Assembly: GCF_902459465.1 (NCBI RefSeq)
Contig: NC_047081.1
Location: 11,656,001 to 11,720,000, forward strand
DNA from: Asterias rubens
Taxonomy: Eukaryota
DNA length: 64,000 nucleotides
Direction of reading: 5' to 3'
Of the stretch, positions 24,801-37,485 are shown one piece after another (position 1 is the first letter of the stretch; each line of letters begins with the position of its first letter). A model generated the notes under the pieces. That model made no database searches. It was given only the letters and a program-made list of their open reading frames with translations, and was not told the origin of the DNA. A program made the position numbers and the translations under genes.

Positions 24801-26243
24801 TGCTTGTTTTTGATACTTCACTTAATTGACATTAGATTAATCAATTTATTTTAACTTTTAAAATATGTTAAAACTTGAAACTTCAATATATTTGGATTGT
24901 AATGATTAACTGTTGTTAGTTTGACATTTAAGGCACAACAAAGGTTGCCCATGTCATTTCCCTTAAAATTGACACATCACATTATTGTAAATTTACTTTG
25001 AATGTTGTTCTGAAGTATTTCATAAACTAATATTCAAAAAAAAAAAAAATTCTTTCAATGTATTTTTAACCTCTTAAAGTGCCTGGGGACCCTGTTTTAT
25101 TTTAAGTATGGTTTACAAAAATTGTTTATAATTATTATTACTGTTTAGGTCACAAAAGTTGTAGTGTAACTGAATCAATCCTTAGGCAGGCCTAACTAAA
25201 ATACATCAAACTACAATTTACTTCTTAAAAGAAATAATTATTTTCCCTCTCATTAATTTGTTTCTCCTCCTCCCTGTCTTACTTTTAGAAGTTCATTTGG
25301 AAAATCTTTTGGAAGACGGCGTAAACCGAGGGACTCTGCATTTTATACCAACCCGGCATTTGATGATCTACCTCAAAGAGGTCCAAGGAATGTGGTAAGA
25401 AAATAAATAACTGATCTGGGGTTGATTTAAAAAAATGAGTAGAGTTGGATTTAAAGTTCCTGGTGCTCTACCAACTGAGCTATCTAGCCCTCTAAATTAT
25501 AACTACGATATCAACATCATGGTCTTAGCAATTATTTCTAACAGTAGACGTTAATATTTCAAGGAATTTCTTGACAGAGTGTATCGTTTTGAAAAGACAG
25601 AATTTTTCTAAATGACAGCCCCTCAATGTACATCTGAGCTTGAAACTGGACCACAGGCCAGAATTTTTAACCCAAATTTACACAAAGTATTTTGTTTTTT
25701 AAATAAATTAGTGTTACCATGTCACAACAATGTTGTAGAATGATTTTTGTACTCTCCCTAACAAATTCCATTCATTTTATGTTTTTTTTTTAGAACGGGC
25801 AGTCGATGGACTCCAGACAAGAGCCATACACGCTAGACGATTTGCCGCCCCATCCTGCCAGTATCAATGGATCACATTATCAGCCAAGCCCCGCCCACAT
25901 GAACCCCTACCAGCAGGAACCAGGCGGATACACGCAACAAAATTTGTTCACCGTCTTGGATTCCTCTCATAAAACCACCTCAGAGTCAAATCCTAAAATT
26001 TCCCATTTCTCTAAAACGGATCGAACACACAGCATGGAAGAGGATTGCAGTGCGTCTGGCGATTTGGTTTATTCAAATAAAGTCACAATAGTTTCCATGG
26101 ATGCAAACGCAAATGAGCATGGTGCTGTTCAGGAGGGCGGGGCGAGACCTAGAGCGCCCTCTGTTGATGGGCCTCCACCCAGGGTGACGACAACTATGGA
26201 TAAAAACGATGATATGATCATTGCAAATCCCATCGCCTGTTGA
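15898..26243 (+). CDS. Unnamed type I single-pass membrane protein with Frizzled cysteine-rich domain, about 458 aa. Exons: 15898-15976 (signal peptide), 20867-21511 (CRD + Ser/Thr stalk), 22265-22361 (TM), 25289-25394, 25794-26243
   Basis: Exon 1 encodes MRSRPFGATLGLVLGVLLRGCATCVAG with donor CAG|GTGAGT (phase 1). Exon 2 has 10 Cys in FZ-CRD spacing (CQDISLDYC..LPY..T..PN..G...GCYENLHLFLC...PQC...PPCRYLC...EKC...NC...VC). TM segment LGIVLSTLSAVGMVVLLLFCAFF is followed by basic residues (RRRK). The spliced CDS is 1377 nt with no internal stop. Confidence 0.88.
19470..20000. repeat. Diverged tandem repeat, about 6 units of variable length (about 67-120 bp), core gcagtgattctaaaacaacttgtagctgg
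   Basis: The core recurs near 19498, 19601, 19668, 19745, 19864 and 19965. Confidence 0.85.
24240..24720. repeat. Diverged AT-rich tandem repeat, unit about 115 bp
   Basis: aaattgaattgcatttt anchors at about 24280, 24391, 24505 and 24622. Confidence 0.65.
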
Positions 26244-26919
26244 TGTTAAATATTTAAAAAATATTACTAATTTTTATAAATGGAATTCCATAAATTAATT
26301 TAACGTATTCCAGCTCGATGTAAATCAAAGAGGCTCATGGTGTTTTGTAATTTTTTTTAATTCGTGTTAAAATTGTGTTGGGTTTGATTTCTACAATTCC
26401 TCATAATTTTGTGTAACTTATCCTTGACATTCCAGTAATATAAAGTACTATACAAAAATTTTAAGATTATAAAATAATAACTACTCCTTGAAGACAGTGA
26501 TTCCAAGCAACAAAAGGGGATCAGGTTGGCTCAGTGGTTCTTCACCCTTCCTTTTTCATCTTGTGATCCCCATCTCAAACTTATGGTTTTTTTATCTTCT
26601 TCAACAATGACCCCTTTCAGTCCCTAGAGGAATGTTTTTTTTTACTCATTTTCAATTTCTTCCAGCGTCATTAAACATGAACGACTCACCTATTGTTATT
26701 GCAGTATTTCTTTTTTGTTAAAAGTTCATCAAATTGCTTTGCTCTAAAAACATTGGGTGCTAAACATTTATAACAATTTCAAAAATATATTTTTTCTTCT
26801 GATGAGCGAGAACAGTTGGGAATCTTAATTGCTAAGCAAAGTGTGATGTCACAATACACATCTCTATGGTGATATTGACAACTCTTAAAATTAATCTCAG
26901 TGCTTTGTGAAATTGGGCC

Positions 26920-27107
26920 AATGTCCCAGTTCCATATAGCTGCTTAAGCAGAAAATATTGCTGAACAATTTTGTCTGCTTAGCTGAAATGAGCAGTGTAC
27001 CAGTCACAAATTGTACCTGTGACATGGTAGTCTGGCTGGTGAACTTATTCTGGTAAGCATCATTTTGTTGTGCTTCTTGTGATTAAGCAGCTCTATGAAA
27101 TTGAGCA
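26920..27107. mobile_element. MITE (same family as 3001-3190) downstream of the FZ-CRD stop codon
   Basis: tagctgcttaagcagaaaatattgct ... aagcagctctatgaaattgagc. Confidence 0.75.
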
Positions 27108-27658
27108 CAGGTGTTGCAACTGGTGTTCAAGTACAAAATGACCAAAAACAAATTCTACTCTTCCAATCTCGTACTACTTTCCTTGATTGGCCTACTCTGG
27201 AATATTTCCTTGGGGTGTTTATATTTTTCCTCGCAATATTCTGTAATATTCCATTTTTTCTCTGTGATTTTCCTAGGGTAATTTTATTACTGTCTTTTCA
27301 TCTATTTTGTTGAACTGCTGCAAAATTAACTTGGCTTTTAATTGGACCAAAATTTGTGATTGAAACATTTGTGTGAATAAGTTTTTTTATAGCAGCTTGA
27401 CGGAAGACTGGTTTTGTAAATGTATAAAACTGCTGGAAAGTTTACTTGTTAAAACCAAAGATATTCAAACTTGTTGTTAGGCGCAGAAGTTAATTTATTC
27501 TAATCTATTAGAAATATTTACTATATGTATATTTTGCTAGTAATTGTAATACAGTATGTAAATTGTTCAAAGGGTAAAACATTTTAAAATGTACAATTCA
27601 CCTTGGCATTGAGTGGTTTATGGGGCAATTTGGAGCAAGTAGTTGTGCGTTTCACATT

Positions 27659-27850
27659 GGAACGGCGTGCAGCATGCACACATTTCACAAAACTTACGGC
27701 ATTATAATTGGTGAAAAACACTGGAACGGCGTGCAGCATGCACACATTTCACAAAACTTACGGCATTATAATTGGTGAAAAACACTGGAACGTCGTGCAG
27801 CATGCACACATTTCACAAAACTTATGGCATTATAATTGGTGAAAAACACT
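27659..27850. repeat. Three near-identical tandem copies of a 64-bp unit
   Basis: ggaacggcgtgcagcatgcacacatttcacaaaacttacggcattataattggtgaaaaacact starts at 27659, 27723 and 27787. Confidence 0.95.
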
Positions 27851-28699
27851 GTACAGCATTCACTGCTTGAGCCGCCTGCAAGCTAAAATCCAAAATACCA
27901 TTTGCCCATAAAGATGGCGTCTATTGGTATTTGGTGACTTTCTACTTAACACAGTGGCTAGTTGAACAGGTTGAACAAAATAATAAGATTTAGAATATTA
28001 GTTATGTTATGGCAATGTTATTCAACTAGGAAAAAGTTCAACATTTGCTTTTTACTAACAGTAAAAATAGATACTAAACATCACATTTCTTGGACAATCT
28101 CAACTCAAAAGTCAATGAATGGATACCATGACTGAAGTTTTACTCATCTCTTACATATGTAGTTTCAACTCCTGTGAACATATTTTTAACAATAAAACAT
28201 TTTATTTGATGTAAGTTTTAGACCTATTTTTTACCTTTACCAAGGAATGTGTACATTGATTTTATTACTGTATGTGTTCCTTGTTAAAATTCCACAAAAT
28301 CTGCATTCTTAAAAATGTTTTGCATATATATAGACCATGTGAACTTTGTTTACAATAAGTGTGACTTTGTACATTCTTTGAGTATTCTGGCAGGCACAAT
28401 ACTGCACGGGTCATGGGAAAGTTGACATTTTGTGTCATAGGACCACGAAAATCCAAGAATTATGAAAGTAAAAAGCTGGCTAAGTTTTGAGATGTGCCCC
28501 CTTTCATCATATCAAAAGTTGATAAGAATTAGAAAGTGCAATCTCCATAAAATATACCATTTTATGACTTCTTCCATTAGGCTGCGTACAAATCCTGCCT
28601 GCAGGAAGTCCAGGCTTTGTGGCTTTTGTAAGCATGTGATGTCACAGGTCACATCGTCTATTCCCGACTTCAATACTTTTCTTTTCTCTAGCTGTAGTC

Positions 28700-29475
28700 T
28701 GCATTTTTGTGTTTCCACTGTTGTAGTCTTGGTTCAAGGCATTTCAATTTGTTTTCAATGTAGCTGTAGTCTTAGATCAAGGCATTTGTTGGTTCTCAGT
28801 GGTGCTTCTGTCTGTCTGAGTTCAAGAAATCTCCATTTCTTTCAGTGTTGTTGTACTCTTGTCTCGAGGCTTTTCTCATTGATATCAGTGTTGTTGTAGT
28901 CTTGGCTCAAGGCCTTGCTGTAATTTTTTTTTTCAATGTTGCTTTATTCTGGGTCCATTAAAGCCATTGGACACTTTCGGAACAGAAAAAAAGTTCACAG
29001 ATTTACAAATAACTTACAGGGTTTACAGAAAGTAATGGTGAAAGACTTCTCTTGAAATATTATTCATTGAAATGCTTTACTTTTTGAGAAAACATTAAAA
29101 CAATATAAATTCTCGATATCGAGAATTACAGATTTATTTTAAACACATCATGACATGACACGGCGAAACGTGCGGAAACAAGGGTGGGTTTTCCCAATAT
29201 TTTGTCCTGACTCTGATGACCAATTGAGCCTAAATTTTTACAGGTTTGTTATTTTATATATAAGTTGTGATACACAAAGTGTGGGCCTTGGACAATACTG
29301 TTTACCGAAAGTGTCCAATGGCTTTAAGGCATTGTAATTTGTTTTCCGTGTTGCTGTAGTCTTGGTACAATACCTTACAACATTATTTTGTTTTCAGTGT
29401 TGCTGTCCATGGTCTTGGTTCATGGCATTAGTATTTTTTTTGTCATTGTTGATTTAGTCTGGGTTCTTGATAGTC
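28700..29475. repeat. Diverged ~43-bp tandem repeat (gttgtagtcttggttcaaggcatt core) interrupted by a MITE
   Basis: The core recurs at about 28717, 28762, 28845, 28887, 28935, then 29346, 29396, 29445. Confidence 0.7.
28962..29323. mobile_element. TTAA-flanked MITE (Kolobok-like termini AG...CT)
   Basis: TIR agccattggacactttcgg / ccgaaagtgtccaatggct; TTAA at 28958-28961 and 29324-29327. Confidence 0.85.
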
Positions 29476-32171
29476 TTAGCCCAAGACGTGAGTGAACGAT
29501 AGTGGATAATGTGTTGGGCCTGTTGTAAATTGTTAATGCGCCTTCTTATGGCATGATCTAACCAACAAGTAAAGTTGGTGAGTGTACTTGTCTTTGAAAA
29601 TTATCAAAAGTATGCCTTATACGAATTTACTGTACTCAAAACAAAGTAATTAGGACAAAAAGATCAAATTTATCATGAAAATGATACTGCCTCTTTATTA
29701 GAATGCAATAATTAATATAAAATGTATCTCAATTGAGTTCTCTGTGGTTAAGTTGCAATGAACATGCTGTATACAGATATACAATTTCCACTTACAATGT
29801 CACGGGTCAAAGGTCACGGCTCTGCTTGCCAATCATTCACTTTCCATGAACGGAGAATAGTGATAGTGAGTGCAAAACTTTATGGTAAGCAGAGCCAAGA
29901 AATCTTGTCCTAATTTGTACACTTTTTTTATCTGTCAGAAAAAAAACAAAAAGTTACCTAATTATTTAAAGATGTGAAAAGGCAAAAACAACAAAATTTA
30001 AATTACATGTTTATATACAATCATTTCCCATTCAAAAGTTAAGCTACACACCAATTCCAAAGAGTTGCTAAGTAGGAAATATTTTACTTATTTGCTGAGC
30101 AGGAAAAATACAGGGTACAAGTCACAAAGAGTATACATGTACATGGCATTTTGGCTGGTTAGCGGTTTCTGCTAAGTAATTATTGTGAACCATGCTAAGC
30201 AAATACTATCACACCTTCATGAAATCCAATAATGGCAGAAATATAAGGTACACAAATTCTCATTACAATTTAGCACATTTTTGTTACTTGTTTGAAACTC
30301 AATCAATGAAAGATGTTTTGAAAATGACAAGTGAAGAAAAAAAAAAGGATCTAAAACAGCATAAAATAATAGAAACGAAATTTAACTGATTTACAAAATG
30401 ACCGTTAACTTACGAACACAACTACATGTTACAATCCAAACAAGTTACAAGTTTTGGGTTGAGTTTTTTTTCTAGCAGTTTTACGCAACTTTCTTTTTAT
30501 ATCTTCAAGTTTAAAACATTTCAAAAACAAATATTAAACAATGTTGTCAATCGTATGAAAACAAATACACTTCTCAAAAGCACATTCTTGCCCAGATAAA
30601 TTCCCAATAATTCTAGCCAGGCAAAATTAAGTTGTCCTCCTCATTACAAGTCTTGATTTTAATCCATAATGGCCACAACCCATATTGGCTGCAAAAGGCC
30701 GCCACAGGTCTTTACTTGTTTCCACTGTTTTCCTTGTTAGCATAGTATCTACATTTCTAAAAAGAAACTAAATTTCTGATTCGTGTTCTCTTTCTGGACA
30801 TTTTTTCCATGTTTACTGCAAATATTTGAGCAAAAAATCATTTTAAAAAGCTTTCATTACTTGGCTTATCCTGATGACCGTACAGAAAAGAATTGTTTCT
30901 AAATTGTTATTAATGTTAATCATACAGATTAATTAAGACAGCCTATAAACTATAAACCTGGTACCAGCATTAATAATTTCCAAACGAGAAAAGTCTGTGT
31001 ATAGAGTGCCTCTAAATAATGTTCCGGTAAAATATTTTAAATCACTTGAAAAGAGGATCGAGGTCAGTGAAATGCAATAAGCAGTTAGTTCTTGATTTGA
31101 TGTTTTTGTCTTGTATCAATGGCTAAATTTATGAGAATGGTCAAGACAACAAAAAATTGTCAATGACCTGATGTTTTGACTATAGCAGACTTTAGCTTTG
31201 ACTCAACCAGCAATAATTTAGTTATTTTATGCATTTGCTGAATTTTTTAAGGAAGTTTTAGAGTTCTAGATTGAATTTGTCTGATATTAAGTGTGCCAAA
31301 AATAGCTCTCAGAAGTATACACAAATCAACATCCAACACATTTTCTAAATGCCTTTTCGATCATAGATCTTCTAAACAATTTAAGCGACAACGAAATTAT
31401 CTCCTCAAAAAAATGACACAGACGAAACTTCACTTTACTCATTGACAAATTACGTGTTCTATTTTAACTACTTGCAATTCTTACATGCAAATAACAAGTG
31501 TTTTCAATGTAAATACAGCATATTTATCTATTTACAATAAATCACACAATAGATTTAATAATCTAGTGTTTTTCCTTTTCTTATTAATCAGCGCCATTAT
31601 GACTGTTCTCATGTAATTTATCCATACTCAAAACGATAAAATAAAACTTCAAAAATTCCCTCCAAACATTTTCAGTTTTTCAGACGGTACCGATCAACCT
31701 GAACAATACTTTACACCCTCAAAAACAAAAATACTCAAAAAAGTGTCGCTCGACGTCTTAGCTTTTTGTCCACCAACGCAGACGATAAAACAGATACAAA
31801 TAAAAACGGAAATCTCACAGTCGATCTGATTCTAGAACATTAAGAAATACTTCTGAAAATACTCACTTGAAAAAAAATAATAATAACGGCACTAGTTCAA
31901 CGAGACTGTCAGTTTCTTTCCTTCTGTACTAGACTCTATAACTTTAATTAACATGAATTAGTTAAATACAAGTATTGAGCCATTTAATGGCATGACATCT
32001 GTCCCCCCCTAGCCCCCTTCCCCTTCTACTAAGGGACCAATAATCTTGTCCCTTTTTCCCCTTTAATTCAGAGCACCTCTGAGTCGTGTTATTACCCACT
32101 GTACAGACCCCTTTAAACAGGATCTCTACACAAATCAATAAAGCTGTACATACTATGACCAAAGCTGACTA

Positions 32172-35100
32172 TCATACCACGAAGCGACTCTTTGCCATTG
32201 AACCCGTCTTGGACATTGTGTCTGCGTGTGCCTGTAACAAACGAAGAGAGAACAAAAGTTAGGAATAATTGTGTCTGTGGTGTCTGTATCGAACAAAAAA
32301 AGAACGAGATTTAGAAATAATTGTGTCTACGTGTCCCAGTGCCTGTATCAAACCAGAGGAGCACAAGAATTGATAAAAACTCAAGGTCCTTCAACACTCT
32401 CCTATGGGACACAGTACTTTACGTAGCACTATGTTATGGTTTTCAAGATGCTGTGGCGTAATATGCAGCTAATCAAACCAGGAGCACTGTGGTGAACCCC
32501 TTCACTTTTTGATAAGTGCACTGGGTTCTTTTACGCATGGAACCAAGAGCTTTTTAGTGCACTTTTAAGTTTCCTGGGTTTGTGATTACATTTGATCCTG
32601 ATCCACAATAACAACCTATCCTCATGCGCTGTGAGGCGCGCAAACATGCTACTTTCAGTGACAACCTTGCTAATTCTTTGCCAATACCAAGCAACTCACT
32701 TGCTGACTGACAAGACCCAAGACTTAGGACCAACTTACCTCGTATGATATTAATGTCTTTGCTGGAAGACTGAGTCTTTCCTTGAATCCTTTCCTGTAAG
32801 AAAAACAATAGGATGAACAACATTACTTTAAAATCACAAGTGGGGAAACAATTTGGCAGTGAGAGGTGGTGCGTCAAGCTTTTTTTATACATGTTGGAGG
32901 ACACTACTACGGACAAATATTTCTGACTACTACGAACACAAAATTTCTCACCCAATTTTCATAATTCCATCTTCCTGTTTGTGGTTGCCTGTCCAGACAG
33001 AGATTTTGTTGCCCTTGCCTCGGACATTGATGACCCCACCGTTGACCAACTCTCCTTCATCATCACAAGACTCTCCGATAAGAAACAACAACTGAGGAAG
33101 AAAACAAAACTACATCTTATCACATTTGTTATATTAATAACCCCTGGAGTTATTTAAATGAATTTTGGTGGCTAGTAACCGCAGTGCTAGAAAAAAGATA
33201 TCAAAGAGCATGGTTTCTTTGTATCCGAATTTTTCCATAAACACAAACGGTCTCAATTCAGATTTATAAGTCTATAACTTCTGGACCCTGACGACACGGC
33301 ATTAAACGATAGGGGACTCGACCTTCTCCAATAAGGACCACGCCCTGTGGAATTCACTTCCTGATAGCTGCAGAAATACAAACTCATTTAATCATTCTAC
33401 GCTAGAACTGTTGAAGACCCACTTGTTTCGTTGACAGTGATTTATATTTCAGACCATCTTTAATTTAGGTTTGTTGATCTGTGCTGAACACATCCTAGCG
33501 CTTTGCAATCTCTGGATTGAAAAGAGGCTCTATAAATGCAAACCTATTATTATTTTATTTAAAGACACTCACCGATTCTAACCAATATCGATCGACATCT
33601 TGTGGCTTAACCCGTCCTAGATTGAGCAACCAACGTCCTCCTTTTCTGTTCTTGTCATCCTCCCACATGGGTTTGATTCCTTCCTGGAAAGTCAAAGGTC
33701 AAACAACAGGTCACAATAGTCTTCAATCAAGTCCATGTCTTTTCAGAACAAAGTGACAGACAGTCAAATCTGTTTAGGATCGGACCTACTGCAACACTTA
33801 GAGGGAATGTTTACGTTTGGTAATCACTCGTTTTCTGATAATTTCAGATGGGACGTAAAGCAGTAGGTCTTGTGTGTTATGTAATGCACATGCTCCGGTA
33901 TTTCTGGTTTGATTGGCTGCATATTGCGCCACAGCACCACAAAACACTGAAGTGCCATGAGCCTACACGGAGTGGTGGATTTGAGCGCCATAAAGGAGCC
34001 ACTTTTTTATGTTTATACACTTATCCAAAGTTAATAGGGTATGGTTGTTGAACCATGCCCATCAGCTGTGAGTAAAAACTGAGTCATTAATTATAAACTT
34101 TTTTTGTCATTTTGACGGACCTTGAACAGCGAGTAGTCACATCCTGATTGGAGTTTGCTGGCAGACTGGATATGGTTGAATAACCTACGAGGACAAAAAG
34201 TAAACAATAATGTCAACAAATCATTTATAAGAGTAACTAAAAATATAAACATGAATAGTAAACTTGCGGGTACAACCATGAGTAAAATCTCTTTTGAAGG
34301 AGTGATGGCTCTGAAAAGAGCTGGTTTGGTCTTGACGTTTATTTATAGTTTGCACTTCATTTCATTATTTGACTGTGAAGCCAAGTACTCTCAGACAAGC
34401 AAACTTAATCACTAGCCAAGAACCTAATGGATAGAAGACAAGAAGTACAAGCTTCAGTTTTAGATGTGGCAGCGAACCCCTTGAGAATTATTCCAAGGAA
34501 AACTCATGCAGTTAGGGTAGGGACTGAAAACCCAATCCATGCAATGCATCCAGCAGGATTTGAACCAATCACCTTCGGACTAACGTGCCGGTCAGTTACA
34601 ATTTACCAAGTCAGTTTCACTTGTGGTTTGTCGTGTTATACTTTTATTTCATTTCAACTTACGCCCAAAAGTCCTCAACGGTATCAAAGGCAGTGATAAC
34701 CCTAAGATTATCGGCCCAAGACTTTGTTTTATCGTTCTTGAAGAACCAAAGAGCCCACTTGTTCTGTAGAGGATGTTTGATCTCTTGTTCGGGTGTCAGA
34801 AGGGCAGACTCTGTCTCTTCTGTTTTAATTGTCTTCTTGTCGTGAGGGGTTTCCTGGTGAAAACAAAAAGTATCAGTATGGATTTTAAATCGTAAGAAAA
34901 CAATGGAAGCTAAAGGGGACATTATGTTCTTTAGACTACGTTTCTATGTTTCCCATAAACGTTCAGCACGGTTTTGATTTGATTTCCCTTTCAAAGTTTG
35001 CTTAGCTAAGTAAAGTCAAGTATCCATTCTGACTGTCGATAAATTAAGAAGAAGAAGACACTCTTTCAACTTTATTTTCTCAGTTCAACTAAAAAAATAT

Positions 35101-35743
35101 TATTTTAATTATTAAAAAGTCCAGCTGCTGGCTTTGCTTTAGTAAAAATGTCTTAGCCTCTGCTGCTCTTGACAACTTGATCATCTGATTCTGAGTCTGA
35201 TTTTGATCAATGAAGAATTCAGAATTGAATTGGTTAGGCTATCCTGGACCTGGCTAATCAAATTGATCATAAATTGATGATGAAAAGTAATTATTCCTCA
35301 AATGTACAGTTTCTAATAAAATGGAAACAATGCATAGTTAATCATGCTCATTTTACAAAGTACAGCATAGGGCCTACATGACAAATACAACATTCACACA
35401 CAGGGCGTGATCATCATGAACGAAAATGATAAAGACAGGCTGGTGCATAGGAATATTATAAAATTATAGTGCACAGTTACTGCTAGCAGCTGCAAGGCAC
35501 AGAGCGTACAGTGCATGTGCACCACACAATACGGTGACATTGCACGTGTAGTCGCGATTCATTATTTGGCACAAAAAACTCTGTTTTCATCCATTTTCCA
35601 ATGAACACCCTCCCTCAAATTTCATCTAAACATCACATACAGCCGTACATTTCAGAAATTCGTGTTCCTATTTACCAAAATTTAAATCTACTTCATACAA
35701 ACGGGGAAATTACCTCATGAGATATCGCCACTGCGGAGGCCAT
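32172..35743 (-). CDS. EIF4E: Eukaryotic translation initiation factor 4E (class I), 216 aa. Exons (minus): 35743-35714, 34853-34663, 34184-34121, 33683-33573, 33091-32952, 32793-32739, 32231-32172
   Basis: KHPLQNKWALWFFKNDK, FDTVEDFWALFNHI, GCDYSLFKEGIKPMWED, GGRW, INVRGKGNKISVWT and C-terminal KSRFVV. All eight canonical Trp residues are present. The 651-nt spliced CDS has consistent phases. Confidence 0.98.
34440..34600 (-). mobile_element. SINE fragment in eIF4E intron 2 (family also at 44160 and 56410)
   Basis: Shared gactgaaaacccaatccat and a reverse B-box-like ggatttgaacc. Confidence 0.6.
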
Positions 35744-37485
35744 GTTCGCTGTAAAATCCAATATGGCGTTTAGTCACGTGGTACCGGCAAAATGCTTTCT
35801 AAAAAAAACTATGATTTGTTTTACTCACAGAGCGGTTTCAGGCGATGACTAAACACGAGTAAAAAGAGTTGGGTTTATCTTTAGTCATACGCTCGAATGA
35901 GGTCTATTCTTTAAAATATTTGGGGGTGCTTGCTTGTATTACGTGTCTGTGTTCTCGCGGCTGTACCCCGGTGTGGAAAAGGGGTGTGTCTTATTATTAA
36001 GATTAGGAATAAGAGTTATCCCCACCGTTGGGAGTGTATAACCATGGAGGAAGCCCCGTGCGGAACAGATCGCGGGTCGGGGTAGGGCAATTTTATTCCA
36101 ACCCAATTATTTTCATAAACTTTTATTGCAGCCCTAATCCTACAGGAGGGAGCTTGTCATGGTCTTCGCAAATTGTGATGTTGAAAACTCATAAGACCCA
36201 CGATCACCCAAGTTTGCTATGACCAATGAGGTAGTAGCGATGACCAAGCCTCACAAAGTATTATGGTCCAGTACCATTTAACCTTTGTTTTACCATAGAG
36301 CAAGGAATTTATAAAGTTCTTTTCTGGCATGCTGGTCTTTTGGGAATGTTATAAAAGTAACAGATGTACAAGTTTTGCGATGTGTCCCCCTTTTTCTCAA
36401 ATCAAAAGTTGATACAAATCAGCAGACCATGCAGTCTCCAAGTACTGTACAGGTGCATATAATATTTCCTTGTGTTCTTCATAATTAAATTGAGCTTTGC
36501 AAATTGCCGCGGCTGCTCATTAAATACTTTGTGGACGTTTCCTCAATAAGCGGCCCTATCTTTGGACAAAGAGAGAGTGTGTGGTTCTGCACTTGGAGAT
36601 CACTCGCTGTCGTCTTGTGATAGTTGTTGGGAACGATTCTTTGTTTATAATAATAATAATAATATAACGGTGAACCTCTACCCGGCGGGGTTCAATCTCA
36701 CTCGCCGGTGGGTGTTGGTGTTAGGGGGGGGGGGGGGTGTAGACGGGTCAGAACAATATTAGTGGTGGCACGTTTGTTTGTTTTTGAGCGGCTATTTAAA
36801 CCAGTCGGACCACGCCGAAGTCAATTTGGTTACTCTTTGGAGACTCAGTAGATCCATGGAGGTAGGACCCGAGGTGATTGTCAATCTGTTCGACAGACAG
36901 TGGAGAAAATGATATTTAAAAAAAATGGTGGCAGCATGCATGTTGGGGTACACCACGATGTCTGACACACAACACATGATAAGTAGATGGCACCATAGAT
37001 TAAGCTTTGAAATAATCATTTAATATAATTATGTGCATATGATGTATGCATGATGTGTGTATCCATGCATTACTCAGAAACCCCTATTGTTAATGGAAAA
37101 GTCCAACGGCATATCTGCAGGTGCACACGGCATGGAACACCTCTACCTCCATGGATGGGCACACGTACTGCGTAACAAGATGGCTATTTTTAGCTACGTG
37201 GTGACGTCATTGTGCTCGGCCTGGTGGCATGTGTGCGGGATATCCGTGGTGTGTTTGTGCTAAATGCAAATTTATGTGTAAAAGACTCGAGCACACAGTT
37301 CGTGCATAACGTGTACGGGTGTGTATGTGTTTTATACGAGGGTTCAGAGCATATTGTGTGTCCACAGCACACAGCAACCCAAACGCCATTTTGTAACATT
37401 TGGGGCGCGTATAAGTGGAGTCGTGGACACTGTCTCTGTTCGTTTTGAGGAAATTTTAGTAGAAAAACTCACAGGAGTTTTTGCA
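35744..37485. promoter_or_regulatory. Divergent promoter region of eIF4E and the SAM-domain gene
   Basis: The start codons are about 1.7 kb apart. Motifs: E-box CACGTG 35775-35780, YY1-like AATATGGCG 35760-35768, YY1-like CAAGATGGC 37176-37184, CRE TGACGTCA 37202-37209. CpG-enriched patches. Confidence 0.55.

Noticed and set aside
27659-27850. CRISPR-like repeat array
   Set aside because: The copies are head-to-tail with no unique spacers, no cas genes are present, and the context is eukaryotic.
28462-28899. 145-aa plus-strand ORF
   Set aside because: It overlaps a degenerate ~43-bp tandem repeat and shows no domain or splice support.
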